From Leucoraja ocellata (taxonomy: Eukaryota): a stretch of DNA of 64,000 nucleotides. The position numbers and the translations under genes were made by a program. The notes below the pieces were generated by a model. It saw nothing but the letters and a program-made list of their open reading frames with translations. It searched no databases and had not been told where the DNA came from. Location of the stretch: positions 5,146,001 through 5,210,000 of the forward strand of contig JAWMAR010000030.1 of assembly GCA_036785375.1 (NCBI GenBank), in the 5' to 3' direction. Shown here piece after piece: positions 37,873-49,752 of this stretch (position 1 is the stretch's first letter; every line of letters begins with the position of its first letter).

Positions 37873-38337
37873 CTTGCAATTTGTTAGTTAGAAAAATACC
37901 ACCTGTAGATCTGAAAAGGATATAATTGGTCATTTAGACATTGAATCTTGTAGCACACCAGGATATTTGGCTCATCTGGGACATGCCAGCTTTCTTCCCA
38001 CTCTCCCTGTCATTCCTTTATTATCCTGCAAATATTTGTCTATTAGAAAGGTGTTTAATGTGCATAATAGGCCAGCAACTAAAATCTTTCTTACATTATC
38101 AAACAAATTCAACAGCTGCAGACAGGTTTCTGGATATAGCAATAAATGGATATAGTAGGAAGAGTCAGCAAGTTTGACTAGCTTAAAATAAATGTTGAAC
38201 AGCAATCCTTATCCATCACTCGGGATTTTCACATTTTTATCTTACTATTTTGGGGACACAAAGCCTAAACATTAGTACTTTGGCACAGGTCTACACCACA
38301 ATTTTGTAGCACATTTAATCTCCAATCTTTAAACATG

Positions 38338-38862
38338 AAGTTCACCTGCACCTCCTCCAACCATGTGTAAGCTTGGCGATCGCTTCGCCCAACACCTCCG
38401 CTCGGTTCGCAATAACCTACCTGATCACCCGGTGGCTCGGCACTTCCAATTCCCCCTCCCATTCTGAATCCAACCTTTCTGTCCTGGGCATCCTCCATGG
38501 CCAGAGTGAGGCCCACCATAAATTGGAGGAGCAGCACATCATATTTCACTTGGGCAGTTTACACCCCAGCGGTATAAACATTGACCTCCAATTTCAGGTA
38601 GTCCCTGCTTTCTCCTCCGCTTCCCAGGTCTCCCTCAGCCCACTGTCTCCGCCTCTTCCTTTCTTCTTCTGGGTTGTCCTGGGTGCTTGCCAAGCCGGGC
38701 AAAATGGCATGGTTTTTAGGTTGCTCGTTGGGACTGTAGGTTGCCATTGGCACCCAGGCAACCGCTAATTTCGAGCCCTGGAAGGGTCTCAACCCGAAAC
38801 ATCACCCGTTCCTTCTCACCAGAGATGCTGCCTGAGTTACTCCAAATTTTTGTGTCTATCTT
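38338..38862 (+). mobile_element. Penelope-like element 3' remnant (GIY-YIG endonuclease C-terminus plus pseudo-LTR)
   Basis: FTCTSSN...LGDRFAQHLRSV...PVARHF.SPSHS...LEEQHIIFHLGSLHPSGINID (frameshifted), followed by a gaagggtctcaacccgaaac tail. Confidence 0.8.
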
Positions 38863-40839
38863 TGGGCCCCATAGCCGTCTGTGGCAACGAATTGCACTGA
38901 TTCAGTCTGAATGACAGAGTGCAACCACACTGAGGCGAATTGTGCGTGGATGGATAGGGCTAGTACAATGAATTGCATATCCTGCATTATAACTTATTTT
39001 CTCACTGCATCTAGGTTTTACATGAGTTAACATAACTTCACTGTTTTTCAAACGTCACTCAATAGAAATTACATTTTAAAAAATGTAAACAGCTGCTGTT
39101 AGTCATTTATTTGAACCAGACTATTTATTTAACATTTACATTTTTACATATTTACATTTATTGCTCATATCTCTTTGATTTTTCCTTATTTGACCAAAAA
39201 GTAAATCAATTTTAACTATTACTATTCTCTACCTCCCCCCCCCCCCCCCCCCCCAAGAATTTTTGGTTGATGTAGCATGGAAACAGGCCCTTCGGCCCAC
39301 CAAGTCCACACCAACAAACCCGCATATCTTTGTGATGTGAGAGGACACCACAGCGCCTGGAGGAAACCCACGCAATAAAAGGGAAAACGTGCAAACTACA
39401 CAGACATCACCCAAGGTCAGGATTGAGCCTGAATCTCGAGCACTGATGTATTTGATAATTTAATTATAATCGTGCAAGTCAAGGAACTGGTAAAATTCTA
39501 GCAAGGGCCTCAAGAAACTCTAAAAATAAACCAACACTGGCTGCAATTTACAATTTACAACTACAAGATATCAACACTACAATGTTCAATTTATCTGCAC
39601 CTCTTTAGCACTTGTCAGCCAACTTATATATGAAAAGTTCAGTTCAAATTGACAAAGCGAGTCAAAAATTGAAGGGGCAATTTATCGCTTCTCTCGAACT
39701 TCTACAGATGCACTAAAGAAGGTATTCTGACAGGCTGCATCGCAACCTTCCCCCCAATTTGGAACATAAAACTTAGCCTATATACTGATTCAAGAAGTCA
39801 AAACTAACATATCAAAAATAAACTGCATTTTCCAAACAATTTGTTGCATATAAGCAATGCACCACTGGCTCGCAGGCTGTTCCAAACAAAAATACTAGTT
39901 AGCTGAAATACACGCATCAGGAAGTTCTGGATTTCTGCACCTACATGCTGAAGCTTGGAAAGTAAAATACCCTCAGTTGGTCAGACGTTCAGTTATGAAT
40001 TCACCAGTTTTGGAGCGGTTGCTAATTTTAATGAGCAGAGGGGTTGGATACACATGTTATTCCCATTCATTATAAAGGGGTTGCCAACCTTGATAAAATG
40101 AAGGTGTTTAAAATTGTTTTTTTTGTTCGGTAAGGTCATCAATTTATATCTAAATACGTTTTAATAGAAATTAATTATCAATCGTTTTAATTTTAAGCTT
40201 ATTTTCACCATTACTAATCTCATTGTTCAGGAGGCTTTGGGCAATCCAAAATCAAGCCCTCAATTTTGCCTTCCAAAACCCTCCTGGGCCTTTCAGCTTG
40301 CGCCATCTTGTGGGCAGCTGCAATAGTGTAGTTATTCATTCTGCAGAAAAGTTCAAGATCATGATTGTTTATTTAAATCCAGATACTAGCTGAAAATCTG
40401 ATTTACAATAGAAAAGTGGTGCTTTATTTTGACTCAAATCTCATTGTTAAACCGGTTGATCAGGTTTTAAAAATATTACGTTTGCTTAAAAGCTGAAAGT
40501 AAAATGTTGTCGACAAAATTTTTAGGCGCAATGCATTTGTCAATATTGCAAAAAGAATGTGTTTTTACAATACTGGAGAGATTTTGAAGAACAAGATTAT
40601 TATTCAGATTATTAACAGATGTTGCTCATAAAACTTGTATTCTTACACCCATCTCTTTTGCAATATAAAACAAACAATTTCTCGCAAATTGTTTATTGTT
40701 CCTGCATTTTAATTTTGTGACCCGTTCCAGTCTGATTAAAGATGATCTTGAACTTCAGATTGTGGAACTTACTTATTTACACTAAAGACTTGCTAGAAAT
40801 TGTAATTTATTTACCTATCTGTTACGGACTTACAGCATA

Positions 40840-41303
40840 TAATACAATAATATTAAAGTTCTGGTCTTGAGAATATCACATTTTTGAATTTTCAAGGCAG
40901 TCTGGGTGTTTATTACTATTTCCGTCACAATGGTCAATTTTGTAATTAGCTACAATTAGGATACTAATTATATGCTTTAATTTCAGGTCATCCAAGTAAG
41001 ATGTTTTATAGTTGTTTCAGAATGCTTCAATCTATAATAACTGAAATTTTCATTCAGTTCTCTTAATTTTTAAGAAAGTTATGGGCTTTTGACTGTCCTC
41101 GATCACAGCTTTTGTGTTAAGTCAATGGAAAAAGCAAAAGGGACCAAGATGCTAATTTCTGAGTGTGAAAATGGCCATAATTTTTTTAACTGAAGAGACG
41201 AAAGTTAATTAGGTGTCAAATTAAACTTATTTTTATGCTTTATCTGATGGGATAAATTGCAGACTTGATTTTTTTTAAATCTCAAAAATGTGTAACATTG
41301 CTA
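40840..41303 (-). mobile_element. terminal part of an unclassified TIR DNA transposon (inverted copy of 45488-45930)
   Basis: About 450 bp reverse-complement match ending tgtaacattgcta; may extend further left. Confidence 0.7.
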
Positions 41304-42879
41304 TCGTATGGGCGTAGTAAGAGGAGCCTGCCACTGTCCTATTTAGTCTAATCAGAAGGAGGAATCTACAGGCGGAATAGAAAACATACTCTGCTGGTGA
41401 ACGAGCCGGTGCCATTTCAGCAGTATTTGTATGGTGACACGGATGTCCCAGATGGCGTGTTATGGACTGATGGAGAGACCATTGGTTTGAATGGGGGACA
41501 GATATCAGCAGATATCAGTTGGTCTTTACACCGGCGAAGGAACCGCTGGTGCCGATGGCGAAATCACCTATAAAGTCACCTGTGGAAAAGACTCTTGCGA
41601 AACCAGTGCGGACTGAACCATCAGCTGCAGTGCTATCACATGCAAAGAGCAAGAGCACGGCAGAGTACGCGTGCGGGACGGATTTGTAAGCCCAACCCCG
41701 AAGTACAAAGACTGTTTAGACACTTATCAGGTTTCGGCCCGAAACGTTGCCTATCTCCTTCGCTCCATAGATGCTGCTGCACCCGCTGAGTTTCTCCAGC
41801 ATTTTTGTGTACCTTCAATTTTCCAGCATCTGCAGTTCTGCTTCTTCTTCTTATAGGATTCCGGCAGTGTAGACGCTGCTAAGCGTATTACTGCCCTCCA
41901 CAGGTCAAAGTTTGAACTAAATTCTTACATACAGTCCTGTAACTTGCAGGAATTGAAGAACAGCCCTGGATATCAGTTGATGTTTCTCACTGTGTCCAAA
42001 CAAAGATGAAACAGAAAAAGCCTAAACTCCAAGTCCTGTCAGTCTAACAAACAATACTTTTCTTTCTACATTCTAGGAAAACATGCTTAACTGTCTCATT
42101 ACTCCCACATTCACACAAGCCAGAAACACGTTTCCCTACAATGCACAAATAGTAATTTAACCCAGTGTCCCAACCTCAATCTACACAGTTTAACTGAGTC
42201 CCTACGGGACAGGGATGTACAGAAACATATTTTCCTAACTTCAGATTGTATAGAAAAGTAGTGTCTACCCCTGACTTCCATTTCCCATCCTCTCTGCCAT
42301 TCTTTTGTTAAGCCCTCAGCATCTGCAGTTCCTTCTTAATCACGGATTTTAATTGATTATGGTCTTCTTCGTTTCCTCATTTTGCTCATTTCGTATCCTC
42401 CACTGCTTAGTTGTTGTTTTAGTTAATGTATACATCCTTATGTTATATTGTGATGTTTGTAAGCTTTCGTCGTATGTACTTTTATTTAGTTTGCGGGCTT
42501 GTTTAAGAAGAACGATGTAGATCAATCACGATTAACTAATTTGATCCATGTCTGGTTTTTACTGTTGTAACCCGATCCGTAATCCAGTTCGGGTTTCAAA
42601 TAGTGTGCCGGTTCGGCTATTCTTCAGATTCATTTTAGAGCTTGAACCTACAACAGTTATGTGTGTTCGCTCTATATGGTTATGCTAATAAAGAACTTAT
42701 ATACGAAGCTGAACGACTCAGTGTTGAACATCATGATACACGCACTAGCAGAGAGCCGATACAACTAAGGGGGCATTTCTATTCAATTTTATTTAAAATC
42801 TATACCATTTAAAAGAAAATTCTGTTTTCCTGCAAAATTAATATCTTCACATTACGCTCACACCAGAATATTTTCTTCA

Positions 42880-43800
42880 CTGGTTTAGTACCTTTGTAAA
42901 AACCGCCTGCTCACTCTCCCTCCGCTTTCGTCCTTCATTTAACGGTCGGCACCTTCTGCCGAATGGAACGCGGCGCCGTTCAAACTGCGAGCTCGAGCGG
43001 CCCCGTTCAACCGTCGCCCCGGAGCGGCTCGCACAGGGCCTCGGCTCGCAGGCCTCCTCCCCACCACCCTCTCCCCAACACATGCACAAAAAACCCGCGT
43101 CTTCTGAACAACTCCGCACGGTAAGCATTCTTAATTCCGCAATTGGAATTTGCTTTTTTTTGGTGTGTTTTACTGATTATACATTTACACGTGGAGTTGC
43201 GAGGCCGTGACAGTTTTTATTCGGGCAGCGGGTGCATCGCCTCCCAACTGTTCCTCAGAACCAAAGATACTCTGGTATCTTTGCTCAGAACGGTGAGCAG
43301 AATGAATCGGCGACAAACAAAACATACCCCTCCCCCCTCTCTATTTACAAACACGTTAAAAATAAAGACAAAACCTGGAGGCTTAGAAAAAGAAACGCGT
43401 AAAACACACGATGAAGCTCCTTGGCCGAGTGTTCCCATTCTCACCGATTTTTTTTTAGCAAACGAAATAAATTACCACAACTTTTATAAATAGAATACAA
43501 TTGTTCATATTTAAAAAATACGGCGGCAACAAAAACCTCTAACATCCACAACAAGGTATCAGAGATAAATCTGAGTTGCCGATGTAATTTGTTTTCTTTG
43601 CGCGGGAGCGTTGAACAAGATTCGTTCTTGTCAAGTGAACCCACTATTGTTTATTTGTAAAATATATTTAATAGCGTGTTGTGCTTACCTCGTTTGCTGC
43701 GCGGCAAAGTGGTCTATAGATCCTTGTCGTCTGTTAATCCTGTGCACGGAGCAGGAAAGGGAAGCTCTGTGGCTCTCGCAAAACACATTTGAAAATACAA
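42880..43800 (-). promoter_or_regulatory. CpG-rich promoter and non-coding first exon(s) of macroH2A2 copy A
   Basis: Local GC and CpG enrichment in an otherwise AT-rich window, about 5-6 kb upstream of the ATG exon; minus-strand donor sites at 43688 (gag|gtaagc), 43444 (tcg|gtgaga) and 42891 (aag|gtacta). Confidence 0.6.
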
Positions 43801-45487
43801 ACCCAGACTATCAGCAAATTAAATTGATCAGAGCAGGGGAGGATAGGTTACCAGGGGGGGCGAATTACAAAAGATCCAAATTTCCCCACGCACACAAGCA
43901 AATTAAAACCGACCGTCGGTATGGATTTCGTCGCCAGAGATGTGGCAATGTAGGACAAGTTATCACCTGCTCTGTGTCACTTGGTCGGATAAAGCTGATG
44001 AATCCTATTGTAAATTTCTATCCGAGTCACCTCTGCGTTGAAATGGTTCTGCCTTTGCTTAATAAAACTGGGTGGGATCATTGGAGCAGAAAAAATAAAG
44101 CCGAACGTGGTTTCTTGAGCGAGGGGATTCAACTATGCAAAACAAGAAAACATACAAATTTGGTGGTGGTTGAGTTTCTAGACAAGTAGAAGTATGAACA
44201 AGTCCTACCATTGCAGCTGTGAATTTTAAATTCGGATTAATAATTTGTAATTTAAAATTATTCTATATAACGGTAACCACATAAAATTAATCAGTGTCTC
44301 TAATGTATGACATGTGATTCCAGATCAGTAGCAATAACTTTTAACTGTCCCTCTAAAACATGAACCATTTATTTGCATTAAAATAAGCAAGCAACCTACC
44401 AACAAATTTGAACACAGTTGTTCCTATCCCAGTTGAAAAATGTTTACTTGTAAACATCTGGGAACAGGTGTCTAATAAGAGACTTCACCACTGCCTTATC
44501 CCACCAGAGATAATTTTTTTCAAATAATTAACTTCAGAATAAAATTATATTCAATGCAAAAACTGCACACTCATCAGACATTCTCACTCTATACGTTCAT
44601 TAATGTCATACTCTACAGTGTCCCACCTGTAGTGACAGATTTCTATATTGTTTTAAGGAATCTTTCCTTTAGTCACTATGATTGAAGACGGGATCAGGAG
44701 ATAATTGAAACACTCACAAGCTCTCCACGAGACATGCCGTCGAAAGATAAATCTTCCAACATAGTCTATTGATTAATAGTTTATTTATTGTAGTAGTAAA
44801 AACAGTAAGATATTCATCCAAACTTCTTGTATAAGTACATTTTGATCTTACTCATGGACAAACTCGTGCATTATCGAAAGCTGTGACCTCCCCCCCCATG
44901 CTTCTTCAAACGAGGCCAACTACTAGGGAATCTGCATGAGAATCCCTGCCGCAAACCCGCCTGAGACGTATAAATCCCACCCACATAATTACAGGCAGTT
45001 ATTTGAAGGTAACTGGGTTATAGTTATAACATACTGAGTTAAGCTAAATGGCTACTACATACCGGCCCCTAATTGTTCTGAGTATATATCGAGGCAATTA
45101 CTAATAGACATTAAAAAAAGGAGCTATAAAAGCTTAATATATATCAAAAAACAAAAAATAACATGCATTATATATTAGCATTCAGATTTCTTTAGCAATT
45201 CTTTCATCTTCACCTTCGCCTTCTAGAAGCAAGCATTGGTTATTGGTCTTATTAAAACATTATTCTTAGTCTTAAATCGTACTGTGTGCCACCAAACCCT
45301 TAACGTCAGGCATGATCTTCAGTATCCTTCCCATCAACCAAGAACCCTCGTGATGCAGTAGAATCAACCACCAAAACAATATCACCTGGGCCAAAATTTC
45401 TTCTAACCCTCGATCATTGTTGTCGCTTTGGATCAGAGGCAAATATTCTTCTGTCCATCTCTTCCAAAAAAGATCTGCCATATATTG

Positions 45488-47790
45488 TAGCAATGTTACA
45501 ACATTTTGAGATTTTAAAAATCAAGTCTGCAATTTACCCCATCAGATATAGCATCAAAAGAAGTTTAATTTGACACCTAATTCACTTTCATATCTTCAGT
45601 ATTAGAAAAAGTTATGTCCATTTTCATACTCGGAAATAGCATCTTGTTCCCTATTATTATGACAACACAAAAGCTTAAGGACAGTCAAAAGCTCATAACT
45701 TTCTTAAAAATTGAGAGAACTGAATGAAATTTTCAGTTATTATAGATTGAAGCATTCTGAAACAAATATAAAACATCTACTTGGATGACCTGAAATTAAA
45801 GCATAGTTACCTAATTGTAGCTAATTATAAAATTGACCGTTGTGACGGAAATAGTAATAAACACCCAGACTGCCTTGAAAATTCAAAAATGTGATATTCT
45901 CAAGACCAGAACTTTAATATTATTGTATTACTAGACCAATGCGCGTTTGCAGGGGGGGTTGCGGCATCACATTCACACTAACCACCCCCCAACCTCACAG
46001 GTGGGGGGAGAGGAAGACGGGGTGGGGAGAGGGGAGATTGAGGTTAAATAAAATCCTCCCCCCCCCAAATTTCAAAAGAAAACTGGCTACCCACCCATAG
46101 AATTTTAGTGAACGTTCCATCGTGTGATGTCACATATGCCTTTGCAGCAGCCCCAGCCCCAGGTGAACGTTCCATCGTGTGATGTCACAATGCCCAATGC
46201 TCACAGGTGTCCAATCGGAATGGATACATTTACATGTGCCTTTGCACCAGCCCCAGCTCCTCCCCCCCCCCCCCCCACAGCCTGTGTCGAAGCTCGGCAT
46301 CACGTGTGTGGGAATAGAGAAAGAGGATTGGGGATGATACGGAATGTGGAACAGATGAACTGTCCCTACCCCTCCCCCTTCCACTCTCCCTCCCCACTAT
46401 TTCCCCTCTCTCCCCCACCCCTCTCTGCCTCCCTCCACACTCTTACCCCTCCCTCCCCTACCCCATCCACACCTCTCTCCCCCTCCCCCATCCCTCTCCC
46501 CCTCCCTCTATCTCCCTCTCCTCACCCCTCCCTCTCCTCCTCCCACCCCCATCCCTCTCTCCCCCACCCCCCTTCCCTCACTACCCCACCCCCTTCCTCT
46601 GTACACCTTGTTTTTCCCTCAACTTTTCAATGTTGGCATTGTAAACTACGTCTTTGCTCTTCAAACCACTCATGACATGCCTTTCTGCCCACTACTATCC
46701 CATTAAGAATGTCCTGTAGATCATCACATTTGGAGGAGTCCAAATTCAGATAATCTCTGCGAATGCTGTCTAAATCAGTTTCTTCTTTGGAGACATCTGT
46801 TTAAAATGTAAAGGAAAAAAAACGCTGAACAGCATTAACAGAAACAAGTTATTATTTGCAGTTTTAGAAAAAAGGTAGAAATTATAAAGTTAAACGCTAA
46901 AACAAATCGTCAATACCCAACAAAAAATTCATATTCATCAGTTTCATCAAATTAATTAAATTCATCTAATCAATTACTAGATCTAAATATCTATCCATTT
47001 CTTAAGAAAAGGATATATTTTGTTTAATAGTCTAAGTATCCAAATAACAAACTAATCCCATTCACACAAGAATTCACAATATAACATAATTTTTAAATCT
47101 CATAGTCATGAATTTATATGCCAGATGGAAGGAATTTAATGTTAATTCTCATAAATTAATCTAGAAACATTCACTCTCAATATAATCAAAATTATTATTT
47201 TTTACACAATGCATGTGGCTAAAACGGTTGTGGATATTTAGTGTAAAAATATTGACTGGATAGATAATAATACAAAATATAGACTATTTAGATGCTCTTA
47301 TGACATGATTGTCCAAAAAAAAAGAGGATTTAAATCATCTTGCGAGTGGGTGTTTCTGGAATGCGATCGATTGGAACGTTGCCATGAATTTTAACCCCAT
47401 ATCGGCAGGAAAGACACTGCCAGTTCGTATGGGGCCCAAATAACATTTTTGCGTCATAAAATTAGATTAAAGCCACCCCAAGAAGCAAGATTTTATGTGA
47501 AATACACGACACCTTTTGTTTTGTCCTGATATTACGTTGTAGGCGTTGAGGGCGTTCGAAGTCGCTTTTTACTGTAATCCAACAATTAAATTGTCCAGCA
47601 ATTTTTTTACAAAAAAAAACGAGAACGGAAGTCCCATCGATTTTTCATCAACTAGCAGCCCGAGGAAATCTCTCTCCGGCAAGCGATACAAACCTGCATT
47701 TTAATCCCGCCCCCCCCTCAGGCGCCAAAGTCGCGCACAGCCAGTGGCAGAACTGCAGCGCCGCTGAAGGCAGGTTTTGTAACATCACTA
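45488..47790 (+). mobile_element. unclassified TIR DNA transposon nested in the BEL integrase
   Basis: Termini tagcaatgttacaa / ttgtaacatcacta (12 of 14 inverted); interrupts BEL coding sequence that resumes on both sides; no clear long TSD. Confidence 0.7.
45931..46610 (-). mobile_element. Helitron-like GC-rich insert with a long C/T tract
   Basis: Starts a|ctagaccaa like the 17906 element; 27-bp direct repeat gtgaacgttccatcgtgtgatgtcaca (46108, 46163); pyrimidine tract 46366-46600; right boundary uncertain. Confidence 0.4.
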
Positions 47791-47940
47791 TATGCTTCTT
47801 ATATACAAATCTTCTTTCACAAAGAGTCCAGGTGGTAGTGTTGGATTGGAAACGAATATGATTTGGTGTAAGTGCTTCCAGGTCGTTCGGATCATCAGAA
47901 CTCTTAGTAATAGGTCGATCAATTAAAATCACTTCAAATT

Positions 47941-48578
47941 CCAGGGTGTGTATATATCAGATCTTTCCTGGACCCAGCACACCGATGCAATTGTAAAGGC
48001 ACATCAGCAACACTACTTCCTGAGAAGATTACAGAGATTCAGCATGTCGAAGAGAATTCTCCTAAACTTCTACAGGTGCACGGTAGAGACCATTCTGACT
48101 GGTTGCATTGTGGCCTGGTTCAGCAACTTGAACATCCAGGAGCGAAAGACTACAAAAAGTTGTGCCCACTGCCCAGTCCATCGCCGGCTTTGACCTCCCC
48201 ACCGTCGAAGGGATCTATCGTAGTCGCTGCCTCAAAAAGGCAGCCAAAATCATCAAGGACCCACACCGTCCTGGCCACACACTTATCTCACAACCGCCAT
48301 CAGGAAGAAGGTACAGGAGCTTGAAGACTGTAATGTCCAGGTTCAGGAACAGCTGCTTCCCTGCAGCCATCAGACTATTAAACACAACAAATAAGCTATG
48401 AGCTCCGAACTGCAAAAGACCATATTATTTGTTATTTGCACTATATTTGTTATTTATTGAACTTTTTCTTTTTTTTCTCGTTATATACAAAGTTTACATA
48501 TTCACATATTCTGTTGTGCTGCAGCAAGTAAGAATTTAATTGTCCTGTCATATGACAATAAAACACTCTTGACACTTG
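47941..48578 (+). mobile_element. Rex1/Babar-like LINE 3' fragment
   Basis: ISDLSWTQHT...YFLRRL..F.MS...NFYRCTVETILTGCIVAW; IIKDPHRPGH...PSGRRYRSLKT..SRFRNSCFPAAIRLLN; tail aataaaacactcttgacacttg. Confidence 0.85.
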
Positions 48579-49752
48579 GATGGGATGAGCGTATAACACA
48601 AACTTCCTCTCACTGAAGGACAGAATGGTTAGCAGATCTCAACAAGATCTCAGAATTCAAAGTGGACCAGTGCATGAAGCCTACAAGCTTTGGTAAGATC
48701 AGAGGTGCACAGCTGCACAATTTCTCAGTTGCCAGTGAAAGTGACTACAGTACTGTTTCATAGTTAAGACTGGACAATGATAACAAAGTACATGTTGCAT
48801 TCTTAACGGGAAAGGCCAGAGTGGCACCGTTGAAATAAATGACAATTCCCAGAATGGAACTAACTGCCGCAGTCTTAGCTGTTAAAGTTGACATATTGCT
48901 GCAAAAAGAAAATCTGCTTCAACTGGAAGAATCTATCTTCTGGACCGATAGTGCCACGGTGCTTAAATACTTCAACAATGAGAGCAAACGTTTCTTGACA
49001 TTTGTAGCAAACCAAATTTCTTTTGTATTGGGAGCTACTAATGTTTCACAATGGAAATATGTTAACACAAAAGTAAATCCTGCGGATGAAGCTTCTGGAG
49101 GACAGAGAGCAGACCGCTTCTTAAGCAATAAGAGATGGATCAATGGACCAGAGTTTCTCTGTAAGTCAGACAGAGAATGGCCAAAACTTGATTTGAAATC
49201 TCTGCTAATGATCCGGAAATTAAACAAAACATCAGAGTGAACGTTATTGCTAAAAATCCTATTATTCACTCGAAGGACTTTCACATATCAACATTATTGT
49301 TACGACATATTCATGAATTGATCGGACATGGAGGAAGAAGTTTCATGCTGTCAAAACTTATGTGGGTGGGATTTATTACGCAGTTGGAGGCATGTTTGTG
49401 GCTGGGATTCTTGTGCAGATGCGCTAGTAGTTTTTAGTTTTAGTCTGGAAGAAGCATGGGGGAGGTCACAGCTTTTGACCGAGTTTGACAATCCATGGAG
49501 TTTGACTACGTCGGATCAAAATGTATTTAAACAAGAAGTTTGGATGAATATCTCACTGTTTTTACTACGACAATAAATAAACTATTAATTAGGAGACTGT
49601 GTTTTGAAGATTTATCTTTCGACGGCATTGAATGTCTCATGGAGAGCGCGTGGATGAGTAACGAAGCCATCTCCTTACCCGTCTTCAATCATAGTGTCTA
49701 GTGGAAAAAATTCCTTGATAATAATAAATTCCTATAATAATCTGCAACTACA
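48579..49752 (+). mobile_element. BEL/Pao pol remnant (RNase H-like region) fused to a 5'-truncated LTR (about 49358-49752)
   Basis: QLHNFS.ASES, GKARVAPLK.MTIPRMELTAAVLA, FWTDSATVL, FVANQI, QWKYVNTKVNPADEAS, WINGPEFL; LTR is an inverted relative of 44628-44990 and ends actaca. Confidence 0.88.

Larger units (their letters stand above)
44628..47940 (-). mobile_element. BEL/Pao LTR retrotransposon 3' part (integrase C-terminus plus 3' LTR 44628-45059), split by nested insertions
   Basis: On -: IDRPITKSSDDPNDLEALTPNH (47800-47935) then QYMADLFWKRWTEEYLP...WLMGRI (45230-45487); PPT-like ggggccggta, then LTR tgtagt...actaca. Confidence 0.85.

Noticed and set aside
40600-40800. QDHL-like word on - suggesting a P-element/THAP9 transposase remnant
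   Set aside because: Four residues followed by a stop; too little evidence.
43611-44189. 192-aa plus-strand ORF next to the CpG-rich promoter
   Set aside because: Starts at TTG, has no recognisable domain and overlaps the presumed promoter; likely a chance ORF.
46124-46675. 183-aa Pro/Ser-rich ORF
   Set aside because: Translation of a low-complexity C/T tract inside a nested repeat.
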